NCBI GenBank assembly: GCA_965248435.1
Contig: OZ252100.1
Span: forward strand, 5,472,001-5,536,000
Direction: 5' to 3'
Length of the DNA: 64,000 bases
Source of the DNA: Candidatus Latescibacterota bacterium
GTDB lineage: Bacteria > Latescibacterota > UBA2968 > GCA-2709665
Made by a program: the position numbers and the translations under genes. Positions 48,358 to 59,143 of this stretch are shown piece by piece. Below the pieces are notes generated by a model, which was not told the DNA's origin, searched no databases, and saw nothing but the letters and a program-made list of their open reading frames with translations. Numbering within the stretch: the stretch's first letter is position 1; each line of letters starts with the position of its first letter.

Positions 48358-50433
48358 GTGGCATCGGTCGACATAACTATATCTGAAGACGGTCTTCAAG
48401 CCAGCGTCGCCTCTATCGGCTCGAAGTCGACCCTCGAGGAGATCAGTGAAGCCCTGAGGGAAAAAGGCGTCGTCCACGGCGTCCGTTCCAGCGCGATCGT
48501 GGATGCCATAGCCGAAGCGACCGGTAAGCCCGTGGAGAACGTCGTGGTTGCTCAGGGCACCCCACCTAAGCCCAAGGTGCCCCCGGTGCTTGAACACAAA
48601 GTCGTGGGTGAGGGAGATAAACTGCCGGCCCTCAGGGCCGTTGGCAAGATACTAGGGCTGGAACAGACGAGCGAAATCCCGGAAGCGGCAAAGGACGCGA
48701 TGGCGCTGGCGGTCAAGAAGGGCGATCTGCTGGCGGTCAAATCGATTGGAGAGGTAGAGCCGGGCCGGACCGTCACCGATCAGGCGATCGAGGAGATGAG
48801 TGAGGAGCAACTCGGACTTCAGTTCCAGCCGGGGCCCGGCATCGAGCTTTCGTCCGACCGGACTCAGTACCTCGCGAAGCATTCCGGCTACGCGGGGGTA
48901 TTTGATGGAAAGGTCTCCGTGCTGCCACCGATCTGGATTTCCAAGGATGCGATGGCGGCCGCCTACCTAAACCTTCCCCTTCTAGAAAAGTCCGCGCCGT
49001 TCTCAAAGGCAGACGTCGAGGATGCCCTCTCGGCGGCCGGTGTGTCTACGGGGATCGACCAGGCAAGTGTCGAGGCTGTGGGCCAGAGCCTTTCAGAAGG
49101 GGCCAGTGATAAGCTGCTCATCCAGTTGGCATCCGGGACGCCTCCTGAACAGTCGGTCGATGCAGATCCGAAGTTCTCGTTTTCCACAGAGTCGCAGGCG
49201 GGTGGCGTTCGTCAGGACGGCTCCATCGATCTCAAAGCGCGGGAGCGGTTTCCATCGGTCAACACGGATGATCTGCTGGTCGGCTGTGGACCGCCGGAAG
49301 CTGGAACCCCCGGCATGACGGTGAAGGGCGAAGAGGTCGAGGTGGGAGAGCCTGTAGCGGTGGAGCTCGTGGCGGGGGAGAATGTGCGGTCAGACAAAGA
49401 CGGAGACATCGTCCAGCTCTTCTCACAAATCGATGGCGGTGCCAGTATAGAGACTGAAGATGTTGATAACGAGAACGGAAAACTCATTCGCTACACCGTG
49501 TCGGTGAGACAAGTTATAGAGGTTCCCGGAGATGTCAACTATGACACCGGAAACATCGATTTTAAGGGCAATGTGGAGATCAAGGGAACGGTCGTGAGCG
49601 GCTTCAAGGTCCAAGCGACGGGCGATGTGATCGTGGGGGAGGGGATCGAAGACGGCGTGGAGATCAAGGCCGACGGCAGCCTGACTGTCAAGCAGGGCAT
49701 CGTCGGCGCCGCTACGAAAGTTGAGACGAAAGGTAGTGTGACGGCCAAGTTTATACAGGACGCGACGATTTTGGCGGACGGAGACGTCGCCGCAGAAGTC
49801 TATCTTCGTACGGCCAACATTCAGGCAAAGGGCAGCGTGTCCGTAGAAGGCAAGGGAAAATCCGGCGGAATCATCGGCGGTGAGACCTGGGCTCTGAAAT
49901 CGATCGTGTCCAAGAACGTGGGCGCCGAGGCCAATAAGACGACCCTCCTGGCCGTCGGGGCGCTTCCGAAGCTCTTCGATCAGTACGAGGAGCGGAAAGC
50001 CGAGGCGGAGAAGGCTACGGATTCGAAGGAGGCGATTCTTAAGGCGATGGGTGTCGAAGCACTGAAACCTGACCTGATCAAACAATCCATCATGAAGAAT
50101 CCTCGAATGAAGGACAAGATCCTCCAATTCGTAGCTAGGGCAAATGAACTGGCGAAAACAGAAGCGGAGTGCATCGACGAAATGTACGCGCTGAGCACGA
50201 AGATGAAGGAGAGCGCCAATGTGGCTTATGTGGATGTCACGAGCGATGCACACGCTCGCGTGAAGATCCGGGTAGGAAATAAGGAGACGGCCCTGACTGA
50301 GGACGTAAAGGCTGCCAGGTTTCACCTCGATAAGTCGGGAGAGACAAATATGGTCGTTTGGACCGCGCTGTCAGACGTCGCCAAGCTGGAGAAAGCAGAG
50401 CAAAAGGAGAAGGAGGGAAAGGAGGAGAAGTAG
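48358..50433 (+). CDS. FapA/DUF342 family flagellar assembly protein
   Basis: 'GDVNYDTGNIDFKGNVEIKGTV..GFKVQATGDV' beta-helix; 'GIIGG'. Confidence 0.88.
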   Translation: MASVDITISEDGLQASVASIGSKSTLEEISEALREKGVVHGVRSSAIVDAIAEATGKPVENVVVAQGTPPKPKVPPVLEHKVVGEGDKLPALRAVGKILGLEQTSEIPEAAKDAMALAVKKGDLLAVKSIGEVEPGRTVTDQAIEEMSEEQLGLQFQPGPGIELSSDRTQYLAKHSGYAGVFDGKVSVLPPIWISKDAMAAAYLNLPLLEKSAPFSKADVEDALSAAGVSTGIDQASVEAVGQSLSEGASDKLLIQLASGTPPEQSVDADPKFSFSTESQAGGVRQDGSIDLKARERFPSVNTDDLLVGCGPPEAGTPGMTVKGEEVEVGEPVAVELVAGENVRSDKDGDIVQLFSQIDGGASIETEDVDNENGKLIRYTVSVRQVIEVPGDVNYDTGNIDFKGNVEIKGTVVSGFKVQATGDVIVGEGIEDGVEIKADGSLTVKQGIVGAATKVETKGSVTAKFIQDATILADGDVAAEVYLRTANIQAKGSVSVEGKGKSGGIIGGETWALKSIVSKNVGAEANKTTLLAVGALPKLFDQYEERKAEAEKATDSKEAILKAMGVEALKPDLIKQSIMKNPRMKDKILQFVARANELAKTEAECIDEMYALSTKMKESANVAYVDVTSDAHARVKIRVGNKETALTEDVKAARFHLDKSGETNMVVWTALSDVAKLEKAEQKEKEGKEEK

Positions 50434-51002
50434 CGGAAGAAATACACTTGTAGCCGTTAACAGGCCCTTCTGGAGGCGAATCCGGGAGGGCTGTTTCATA
50501 TGCTGATGCGCGTGTGCCCCGAGGAATGAACTTGGCCTTTTCTGAGAGTTTGTATCTTAGAGCCAATGAGAATAGTTAGTCCACCGAGGTCTCGGATTCA
50601 TGGGAACTCCTCAACATCGTGAGCTATCTCTTGTGGTTGAGACGGGAGGGTTATATGAGAATAACCCCCTTTCAGCTCTCGTAGGTTAGACCTCTGAGGC
50701 ACTCGTTGGTCAGAGAATTCTCGATTTCTATGGCGATCCCGATCGAAATGTGCTGCTGTCCGAGGTCCAGCGAATTAAACCCTATAAGGAGTAAAAGCCA
50801 TTTTTCGAATCCGGCCCAAAGTGTTACATTAAAGGGAGAACCCACACACTGGAGAAAACGCGTAAACGGTTTAGCTCAGAGGCCAAGTTTTGGAGACGGG
50901 TATCAACGGCAGCCTCGAGTTCATATTTCATGTTTCGAAGATGCGTCCATATGCAGCTGCCTTTGTGTGTCGCAATTTGGGTGACGCATTGGGGAAGAAC
51001 CG

Positions 51003-52694
51003 ATGACACGCGGCTATCAGAAGAGAATGGTTCTTGGCGCCGTCCTGCTGGTCGCTCTTACCCTCCGCGTCTGGCCTCTGTCATTCCCTGCGGACTCACA
51101 TCCGGATGAGGAAAACTCTGTTGCGCGTGCATTGCGGATGGGACGAGATGGGCTCAATCCTCAGTGGTATAGGTATCCACCCCTCTATTTCTACATCCTC
51201 TTCGCAACCTTTGGCGGTCGTTATGCAGTGGAAAGGGTGATAGGGCTTGTAGATTCGCCTGAGCACTTCGCCGAGCAATACTTCGTTGCCCCGCTTTCCT
51301 TCTTCATCCAGGCCCGTGTGGTCTCGGCTCTCTTTGGTGTACTTGCTGTTTGGGCGCTTTATTTCCTCGCCCGTAGGCTGTCCTTTTCATCGAGGGCGGC
51401 GGCAGGGGCAGCATTCGTCTTGGCGGTATCTCCCCTGCTGGTGCGCCTTTCGCATTTTTCGTTTACGGACGGGCCGCCGTTTTTGCCTTTTCTCTTGTCT
51501 CTGGCCATGGCAGCTCAGCTGTTGAAGGATGGGGGTAAGTCTTGCGCCTTTTGGTCCGGCTTTCTCGCGGGCCTCGCAGCGGCTCTCAAGTACCCCGCCG
51601 GAATCGCGATCGTAGGCCTGATTGGTGCAGCTTTCAGTCGTCGGGGTAACAATTCAGCAGGACGTCTCATTTTATGTGGGTTGCTTGGCCTCGGTGCAGG
51701 ATTTCTGTTCGTCTGCCCTTGGGCTATGTTGAATTTTTCTGCTTTCTGGCAGGATATTGCCTTCGTCGGCGAACATATGTCACATACGTTGGGAGATCTG
51801 CCGAGGAGTCGTGGTTATATCCCCTATGTGTTGCAATATTTGCCGGAGGCACTGGGATGGCCGTTCTATCTAACTGGAATTCTGGGACTGACGCTGTGGC
51901 TTCGTCGGAATTGGAGATCCGCGGCCATCGTGGGTGGACCTGCTCTGGCCTATTGGCTGATTATGGGAATGGCACAGTATCATTATGCCAAGTTCAGTCT
52001 GCCCATGCTACCTGTATTTGCTCTGGGCGTTGCGTGGTTGCTTGACCGTCCTTCTTGGCAAGACCGATGGAAAGGGGCATTTGCCGCCGTTTGCCTTCTT
52101 CTATTCGCCATCCCTCCATTGAGCCACTCACTGAGTTGGAACCTGCAGCTATCGCTCCCGGACACTCGCGCTTTAGCCACCCAATGGATCGAGAGAAATG
52201 TTTCACCGGGAGTTAGAGTACTGTCGCAGTCCTACGGCCCTCGGTTGGCCTATACACCAGAGCGGGCACGAGAGATCGCTGAGTCGGTCTTTGCCCTGGA
52301 TCTTGAATCAGGTCAAAAGTTTTCTTTTCTGGCCAGTCATCCACCCTTGGGCCGCCCCGGGTTTCACGTTATCGGAATTCCCGTTTACAAAGGGTCTCAC
52401 GGATTCTCAGGCTTGGAGGATACGTGGTATGACGCAGGAAAAGTAAATGCCGAAAGAATAGAATGGATCGTTCTCAGCAGTTCCGTTTATGGTCGCTATT
52501 TGGGTCGCAAAACCTTTCCGAGGCAGGTAGCCTTCCACATCTGGCTCGATCAATGCTGGCAGGAAGCGGCCCGCTTTAGCAGTCACGAGCCGCCATTGAC
52601 GGTGCCAATCTTGAGTCAGAAGGGGCGCCTCGGGCCGACACTGCGAGTCCTCAAACGTATCGTTCCCCCGCCGGTAGGATGCCAACAGCTCTAA
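51003..52694 (+). CDS. GT-C glycosyltransferase (ArnT/PMT_2, GT39/83-like)
   Basis: 'HPDE', 'YPPLYFY', 'ARVVSALFG', 'LAAALKY'; multi-TM. Confidence 0.8.
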   Translation: MTRGYQKRMVLGAVLLVALTLRVWPLSFPADSHPDEENSVARALRMGRDGLNPQWYRYPPLYFYILFATFGGRYAVERVIGLVDSPEHFAEQYFVAPLSFFIQARVVSALFGVLAVWALYFLARRLSFSSRAAAGAAFVLAVSPLLVRLSHFSFTDGPPFLPFLLSLAMAAQLLKDGGKSCAFWSGFLAGLAAALKYPAGIAIVGLIGAAFSRRGNNSAGRLILCGLLGLGAGFLFVCPWAMLNFSAFWQDIAFVGEHMSHTLGDLPRSRGYIPYVLQYLPEALGWPFYLTGILGLTLWLRRNWRSAAIVGGPALAYWLIMGMAQYHYAKFSLPMLPVFALGVAWLLDRPSWQDRWKGAFAAVCLLLFAIPPLSHSLSWNLQLSLPDTRALATQWIERNVSPGVRVLSQSYGPRLAYTPERAREIAESVFALDLESGQKFSFLASHPPLGRPGFHVIGIPVYKGSHGFSGLEDTWYDAGKVNAERIEWIVLSSSVYGRYLGRKTFPRQVAFHIWLDQCWQEAARFSSHEPPLTVPILSQKGRLGPTLRVLKRIVPPPVGCQQL

Positions 52695-52953
52695 CAAGCC
52701 ACCATAAAATATTGAGACACAGGTACATAAACCAAAAACACTGACATGCCTGTGGCAGGTGCGGGGATGTTGACGACTGATACATCCCGGGTTTTCTCGA
52801 TCTGGCCGACCTAAAGGCTTGACTGTGAGAGAGGCCACGCATTTCTTTACAATCACTCCGTTCACTACGCAGGGTCCTCATCGAGATGGCTGGCCGGAAA
52901 GTGGGAGTCAAGTTTAGCCTTCTTGGTTTATCTCCTCCGAAAAGAGAGCGTGT

Positions 52954-53439
52954 ATGCCGATTGAGAAAGACGCCCGATTGGGCAAAGGAGTAATCGTCCA
53001 CCATCCCGACCTCGTCAACCTATACGGGTGTTCGATAGGGGATGGTACTAAAATCGGTGCTTTCGTGGAAATACAGAAAGGGGTCGAGATCGGAAGCCGA
53101 TGCAAAATCTCCTCCCACACGTTCATATGCGAAGGCGTGATTGTAGAGGACGAAGTGTTCATTGGGCACGGCGTTGTCTTTATCAACGACCTGAATCCTC
53201 GTGCCACGACGGATGGAAGATCGCAGACCGAGAGCGATTGGGAGGTGATCCCAACTCGAGTTCATCGAGGTGCCTCCATCGGAAGTAACGCCACGATCCT
53301 ATGTGGCCTGACAGTTGGGCGAGAAGCCTTGATTGGCGCTGGGGCTGTGGTAACGAAAGACGTTCCCAATTACGCGACAGTTGTAGGGGTGCCAGCAAGA
53401 TGCGTCGGAGACACTAGGGAACAGGAAGGGAAATCATGA
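52954..53439 (+). CDS. Hexapeptide-repeat N-acetyltransferase (WbpD/WxcM-like)
   Basis: 'IGAFVEIQK', 'GASIGSNATI', 'GAGAVVTKDVP', 'GVPA'. Confidence 0.92.
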   Translation: MPIEKDARLGKGVIVHHPDLVNLYGCSIGDGTKIGAFVEIQKGVEIGSRCKISSHTFICEGVIVEDEVFIGHGVVFINDLNPRATTDGRSQTESDWEVIPTRVHRGASIGSNATILCGLTVGREALIGAGAVVTKDVPNYATVVGVPARCVGDTREQEGKS

Positions 53440-54458
53440 TCAGGGTTGGTATCGTAGGTTACGGCTATTGGGGGCCTAATCTGGCGCGCAATTTCTCGGA
53501 AGTCGCAGATTCCGAAGTCATAGCGATCAGTGATCTGAACGCAGAACGATTAGGCGCGGTACAGAGGCGTTATCCGGCAGTGAAAATAACAACCGACTAT
53601 CGCGATCTGCTGGTCAATCCATCCATCGACGCCGTTGTGATTGCAACACCGGTTTCGACACACTTCGATCTGGCCATGGAAGCACTGCGGGCAGACAAAC
53701 ACGTCTTGGTGGAAAAACCGCTTACGACGTCCACAGAACACGCAAACCGGCTAATCGAAGAAGCCCACCGACGCAAGAAGATCCTGATGGTCGATCACAT
53801 CTTTGTCTATACCGGTGCAGTGAAAAAGATAAGGGAATTGGTGGACGATGGCAGACTTGGGAAGCCCTATTACTATGATTCCATAAGGATCAACCTTGGT
53901 TTGTTTCAACACGATGTCAACGTCTTGTGGGATTTGGCAGTACACGATCTTTCAATTATGGACTACATCCTGGGCAAGCAGCCTCACGCTGTATCGGCCA
54001 CAGCTGTTGCCCATGTAGCGGGCCAGCCCGCTGACATTGCGTATTTGACCTGCTTTTTCGAAGACAATTTGATAGCCCACATCCACGTCAACTGGCTATC
54101 GCCTGTAAAGATACGCCGCATCCTGATAAGCGGAGACAAACAGATGGCTGTCTACGATGACCTGGATCCCAGCGATAAGGTAAAGGTCTATGACAGCGGC
54201 ATTACCGTAGATAACTCTGTAGATCAAGAGGGCATTTATCAAATGTTGGTGGGGTATCGTACGGGTGACATGTGGGCGCCAAATTTGGATCGTACCGAGG
54301 CCCTATACGCCGAGGCGCAGCACTTCGTCCAGTGTATTCAAGATAATCAGCCGGCAATCACTAACGGCGAATCAGGTCTACGGGTCGTGCGAATCCTTGA
54401 AGCCGTAGACCGGTCTCTCGCCAAAGAAGGTGAGCGGGTTGACATAGACCTCACATGA
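53436..54458 (+). CDS. Gfo/Idh/MocA oxidoreductase
   Basis: 'GYGYWGPN', 'VLVEKP', 'WDLAVHD'. Confidence 0.92.
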   Translation: MIRVGIVGYGYWGPNLARNFSEVADSEVIAISDLNAERLGAVQRRYPAVKITTDYRDLLVNPSIDAVVIATPVSTHFDLAMEALRADKHVLVEKPLTTSTEHANRLIEEAHRRKKILMVDHIFVYTGAVKKIRELVDDGRLGKPYYYDSIRINLGLFQHDVNVLWDLAVHDLSIMDYILGKQPHAVSATAVAHVAGQPADIAYLTCFFEDNLIAHIHVNWLSPVKIRRILISGDKQMAVYDDLDPSDKVKVYDSGITVDNSVDQEGIYQMLVGYRTGDMWAPNLDRTEALYAEAQHFVQCIQDNQPAITNGESGLRVVRILEAVDRSLAKEGERVDIDLT

Positions 54459-54465
54459 TTGTCAT

Positions 54466-55473
54466 ATGATAAGAAAAGTAATGGTTACAGGTGGGGCTGG
54501 GTTCATCGGCTCTGAATTGGTTCGCCAGTTTGCCAAGCAAGGAACTGAAGTTATTGCTGTCGACAATCTGGTGAACGGAAAGCGGGAGAACCTGGAAGGT
54601 TTGTCGACCAGCCAAGTTCGATTGGCCACAGTCGATATCCGCGACACTGAGCATATGGTCTCGTTATCGGTCGACGTGGACATTTTCTTCCACTTGGCGT
54701 GCATGGGCGTGAGGCATTCTATTCACTCTCCAGATGAAAATCATGAAGTTAACGCGACGGCTACTTTGCATCTCTTGTCAATCGCAAAGGCAGCGGGCAT
54801 CAAACGCTTTGTGTATGTTTCGACATCTGAAGTATACGGTACTGCACGTTTTGTCCCAATGACTGAAGACCATCCCACGTTTCCTGAAACAGTCTACGGC
54901 TCGTCGAAGCTGGCGGGAGAATGTTATGCCCGTGCATTTCATCGAACCTATGGCTACCCGACGGTCGTCGTACGACCTTTCAATACTTACGGGCCACGTT
55001 GTCACCACGAGGGAGACAGCGGTGAGGTCATCCCGAAATTTATACTGCATTGTTTGTCCGATCGTCCAATGGTGATATTTGGCGACGGGACCCAAACCCG
55101 GGACTTCACATTCGTCAGCGACACGGCAAGGGGGATCCGAGAAGCCGGATTGTCCAATGACACCGTGGGACGGACGATCAATCTGGGCAGCGGACGTGAG
55201 ATAAGCATAAATGACCTGGCGCGCAAAGTGGCAGACGTGACCGGACACCCTGATGTACCCGTGGTTTACGATCCACCCCGCCCTGGTGACGTCATGCGGC
55301 TTTACGCAAATATTATCACCGGGCGTGAACTGATTGGATTCGAACCCGAAGTTACGCTCCGGGAAGGGTTAATCAAGGTAAAGGACTGGTATTTGAGTCT
55401 TAACCAACCGCCTGAGAGGTTGCTCGAAGAGGAAATCAGGCGAAACTGGGAGCTGAAGAGAAATGGCTCCTAA
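54466..55473 (+). CDS. NDP-sugar epimerase/dehydratase
   Basis: 'TGGAGFIGS', 'STSEVYG', 'YGSSK', 'RPFNTYGP', 'GTQTRDF'. Confidence 0.93.
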   Translation: MIRKVMVTGGAGFIGSELVRQFAKQGTEVIAVDNLVNGKRENLEGLSTSQVRLATVDIRDTEHMVSLSVDVDIFFHLACMGVRHSIHSPDENHEVNATATLHLLSIAKAAGIKRFVYVSTSEVYGTARFVPMTEDHPTFPETVYGSSKLAGECYARAFHRTYGYPTVVVRPFNTYGPRCHHEGDSGEVIPKFILHCLSDRPMVIFGDGTQTRDFTFVSDTARGIREAGLSNDTVGRTINLGSGREISINDLARKVADVTGHPDVPVVYDPPRPGDVMRLYANIITGRELIGFEPEVTLREGLIKVKDWYLSLNQPPERLLEEEIRRNWELKRNGS

Positions 55474-56623
55474 AGGAAAGCGTCAAATACATATTGCAAA
55501 ACCCTGGATGGATAATCAGGAGGCTGAAGCAGCCAGGCGCGCGATCCAGTCCGGTTGGGTTACGCAGGGTCCCGAGGTCGCCGCATTTGAGGAGGAGTTT
55601 GCCGATTATGTTGAGGCCACTCACGCCTGTGCCGTGTCGAGTTGCACGGCCGCACTCCATCTCGCTTTGCTCGCGGCTGGTGTTCAATCCGGCGACGAGG
55701 TCATCACAGTCAGCCACTCCTATATTTCAACGGCCAACAGCATACGCTATTGTGGGGCAAAGCCAGTATTTGTAGACGTTCAGCCGGGGACATTCAATAT
55801 GGATCCGGCACTCGTTCAGAGTGCAATCACAAACTATACTCGAGCCATCCTCTGTGTGCATCAAATGGGAATGCCGTGTGATCTGAAGTCTATCCTGGAC
55901 ATCGCTAATCGTCACAAACTTATGGTGGTTGAGGATGCAGCCTGTGCCATCGGCAGCGAAATATGCTGGAATGGAACATGGGAAAAGATTGGGAAGCCGC
56001 ATGCGCACATCGCATGCTTCTCCTTTCACCCACGCAAAGTTATCACGACCGGGGACGGGGGCATGATAACCACATCCAATTCCGAGTTTGACAGGCAATT
56101 CCGCTTGATGCGCCAAAATGGCATGACGGTTCCGGATGCTGTACGCCACAAATCAAAGGAAATCATTTTCGAGTCTTATCCCGTACTGGGCTATAACTAC
56201 CGCATGACTGACATTCAAGCAGCGGTTGGGCGCGTACAGCTGAAACGGATTCCTGAAATTCTGAGCAAGCGCCTTTACCTGAAGAAACGGTACTCGGAAT
56301 TGCTGGAACTAACCCAGGTAACCTTACCTGAGGAGCCATCCTGGGCTCGCAGTAACTGGCAGAGTTACTGTATTCGTCTTCCCGAAGATTGCTCACAAAA
56401 ACGCGTAATGCAGGATATGTTGAATCTTGGAGTGGCTACCCGGCGAGGGATCATGTGCGCCCACCGGGAAGGCGCATACAACATAGATTCCGATTCCTTG
56501 CTTCTTCCTGAATCCGAACGAGCTCAGGATAACAGTATTCTACTTCCTCTATATCCGCAAATGAGTGAGAAAGATCAGGATGGCGTTGTTCGCGCATTGC
56601 GTTCTTGCATTTTAAAGAATTGA
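55463..56623 (+). CDS. DegT/DnrJ/EryC1/StrS aminotransferase
   Basis: 'EDAACAIG', 'FSFHPRKVITTGDGG', 'GYNYRMTD'. Confidence 0.94.
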   Translation: MAPKGKRQIHIAKPWMDNQEAEAARRAIQSGWVTQGPEVAAFEEEFADYVEATHACAVSSCTAALHLALLAAGVQSGDEVITVSHSYISTANSIRYCGAKPVFVDVQPGTFNMDPALVQSAITNYTRAILCVHQMGMPCDLKSILDIANRHKLMVVEDAACAIGSEICWNGTWEKIGKPHAHIACFSFHPRKVITTGDGGMITTSNSEFDRQFRLMRQNGMTVPDAVRHKSKEIIFESYPVLGYNYRMTDIQAAVGRVQLKRIPEILSKRLYLKKRYSELLELTQVTLPEEPSWARSNWQSYCIRLPEDCSQKRVMQDMLNLGVATRRGIMCAHREGAYNIDSDSLLLPESERAQDNSILLPLYPQMSEKDQDGVVRALRSCILKN

Positions 56624-56710
56624 TTTTTTCGTTGCGAAACGGTGTTTGTGGACTTCATCAGGGCCGGGTTGCTGCATTCATCGAAAGACAGTGTGATTCT
56701 GGACGAGGCG

Positions 56711-57679
56711 ATGACGAATAAGATTCTATCCATCATCATCCCCGCATTCAATGAAGAAGAATGCCTCCCCGCTCTTTTGACAACTCTTGATAAAATAATA
56801 GAGAATGAATTGCATCACGTCGTCGTGGAAGTGATGATTGTTGATGATCATTCTACTGACAGTACATCGGACATTCTTGAGGGGAAAGCAGCAGACTATT
56901 CTTGGCTGAACTACATTCGTTTATTGAAGAACTCTGGAAGTCACGTTGCCATCTTTGCAGGATTAAGCGTCTGCAAAGGAGATATGGCTTTCATTATGGC
57001 GGCCGACCTACAAGATCCACCAGAAATCATTCCATTGTTCATTCAACAAATTGCGGTCGGCTACAAAATCGTCTTGGGAGAACGAGAAGGGCGGAAAGAT
57101 CCGTATTTGAGGCAGATCCTGTCTTCCGTTTTTAACTACTTCATGAGTCGCTTCGTGGCGCGCGATTTCCCGGTGAGAGGCGGTGATGTCTTCTTGATCG
57201 ACCGCGATATTATTGATGCTGTCCTGCAGTGCGAAGAAAAGAACGCCAACATCTTCGTGTTGATGCTGTCCCTATGCAAAGATGTCGGCGTCGTGAAATA
57301 TAGGCGACAAGAAAGGTATGCCGGCGTCAGCAAATGGAATGTGAGTCAATTATTTAAACTAGCGTATGACAGTATTATCATGGTCGGATATCTCCCCTTG
57401 CGGCTCGTCATGTGGGTGGGAATCCTCTCCTTTCTGCTTTCTGTTCTCATGGTTTGCTATCTGCTTATCGCTAAGTTGACTGGACTGATCCACGTGGAAG
57501 GCTGGACATCCATCCTGGCGGCAATTGTGGCCTTTGGCGGCATTCACATGATTTCGATTTCTATAGTGGGCGAATATCTTTGGAGGAACTTCGATCAAAC
57601 TCGGAAAAGGCCGATCTTTATAATTCAAAGGAGTCGGTTGTTGAATCAAGAATCGGTCCAGAACGATGAAACTGGCTGA
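56711..57679 (+). CDS. GT2 polyprenyl-phosphate glycosyltransferase (ArnC/GtrB-like)
   Basis: 'IIPAFNEE', 'VDDHSTD', 'AADLQDPP', two C-terminal TMs. Confidence 0.88.
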   Translation: MTNKILSIIIPAFNEEECLPALLTTLDKIIENELHHVVVEVMIVDDHSTDSTSDILEGKAADYSWLNYIRLLKNSGSHVAIFAGLSVCKGDMAFIMAADLQDPPEIIPLFIQQIAVGYKIVLGEREGRKDPYLRQILSSVFNYFMSRFVARDFPVRGGDVFLIDRDIIDAVLQCEEKNANIFVLMLSLCKDVGVVKYRRQERYAGVSKWNVSQLFKLAYDSIIMVGYLPLRLVMWVGILSFLLSVLMVCYLLIAKLTGLIHVEGWTSILAAIVAFGGIHMISISIVGEYLWRNFDQTRKRPIFIIQRSRLLNQESVQNDETG

Positions 57680-57731
57680 CCAATCTCCTCTGAATTGTCA
57701 GGATGGTGTATGATTTCTAGAAGGAATTGAA

Positions 57732-58736
57732 ATGCGAATCTTGTTTGTGGGTGGTACCAAGCGAGGTTATTTGACGCTGAGAGCACTTGTCAATATGGGT
57801 GCTGATGTCGCAGGAATCATTTGCCTACAACAACACGACCACGAACTGGAGCGATACGAGGAACCGATAAGGATTCTCGCTGAGGAGTTTGGGATTCCTC
57901 ACTACGGAACCAAATGGATGAAAGATCGGGACTACGTCGAGTTGATTGAGGAGATAAGCCCGGATATCGCTTTCGTGATAGGCTGCAGGATTCTGATACC
58001 CGAGGCAATCTATTCCATCCCTGCGATGGGTACTCTAGCTGTTCACGATTCCCTTCTGCCGGAGTACCGTGGGTTTGCCCCCATGAATTGGGCTATCCTG
58101 AATTGTGAAGATTACACCGGTGTCACGCTTTTCTACCTGAGTGAATTGATGGATGGGGGGGACATTGTTGCACAGAAGAAAGTCCCGATCGGACCGGAAG
58201 ACACCGCATCAACTGTAAGTGAGCGGGTTTGCCAGGCAACCGTGAATGTCGTTTTAGATACGTATCCCCTTATTGCCAAGGGGACATCTTCTAGGATCAA
58301 GCAGAACTATGGAGATGGTAATGTTGGATGTAGCCGCACACCTTCAGATGGGATGATAGACTGGGGCGACTCGACGCTATCCATCAGTAACCAGATCCGC
58401 GCTTTGACTTATCCGTATCCTGGTGCTTTTTCTTACTATGAGGGCAAGAAACTCAAGGTTTGGAAGGCAGACCCTCTGCTGGATTCCCCCGATTATGCCG
58501 GACGCATACCCGGCCGTGTCGTCAGCATATCCAGCCAAGAAGGCCACGCAGATGTACTCACGGGCGATGGAGTAATCAGGATTCTTGAGGTGCAATTCGA
58601 AGGCGAAAAGACGGTACCCGCGGCAAAAGTCATCAAGTCCATAAGAGACGCGCTGGGAGTACGTATCCCTGACCTAATTTCTCGGATCGAAAATCTTGAA
58701 CAGTTGATTGCGAAGAACTACAAATCTGAGAAGTGA
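57732..58736 (+). CDS. Formyltransferase (Fmt/ArnA-N-like sugar N-formyltransferase)
   Basis: 'HDSLLPEYRGFAPMNWAI', 'MDGGDI', 'IRALTYPYPGAF'. Confidence 0.88.
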   Translation: MRILFVGGTKRGYLTLRALVNMGADVAGIICLQQHDHELERYEEPIRILAEEFGIPHYGTKWMKDRDYVELIEEISPDIAFVIGCRILIPEAIYSIPAMGTLAVHDSLLPEYRGFAPMNWAILNCEDYTGVTLFYLSELMDGGDIVAQKKVPIGPEDTASTVSERVCQATVNVVLDTYPLIAKGTSSRIKQNYGDGNVGCSRTPSDGMIDWGDSTLSISNQIRALTYPYPGAFSYYEGKKLKVWKADPLLDSPDYAGRIPGRVVSISSQEGHADVLTGDGVIRILEVQFEGEKTVPAAKVIKSIRDALGVRIPDLISRIENLEQLIAKNYKSEK

Positions 58737-58876
58737 TACCGGCAATAGAAGTTCCATTGAAGTGTTCGAACGCAACTCCCACCGAAGCAAATCACATCCG
58801 GAAGATCCGAATTCCCGAGTAAGGCGACGCCCTCCTGGAAGTTGATCTAGAAGGGCTATCAAGCGTAGTTTCCGTT

Positions 58877-58898
58877 TGGTGACCCCGAGGGGAGTCCA
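58877..58898 (-). repeat. att-like core: tRNA 3'-end fragment, copy 1 (probably tRNA-Glu)
   Basis: TGGTGACCCCGAGGGGAGTCCA; reverse complement GACTCCCCTCGGGGTCACCA = T-arm, acceptor stem and CCA; identical to 60674..60695. Confidence 0.8.
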
Positions 58899-59143
58899 CC
58901 GGTATGCAACGCTTGTGATAGCTCGAAATCCAGCTCTATTGCTGATGGAGCTGCGTGACGCAGCTTAGTCTGGCACCGCCTGATCCGACGTCACTTCAAT
59001 TCCAGCAATCCCCTCCATAAGCATCTCTTGGCCGCCGTTCCTCGCCGTCGTATCTTGGGTTGCGATGTGCACCTATGTCACCATCCATAAGACACATTTG
59101 CTATCCACTGCTCTTCGCGGAAAACCAAAGGACGAGCCCAGCC

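Noticed and set aside
50500-51000. Possible ncRNA or small gene before the glycosylation cluster
   Set aside because: Only a short hairpin (GGGTTAT/ATAACCC) and weak ORFs; insufficient support.
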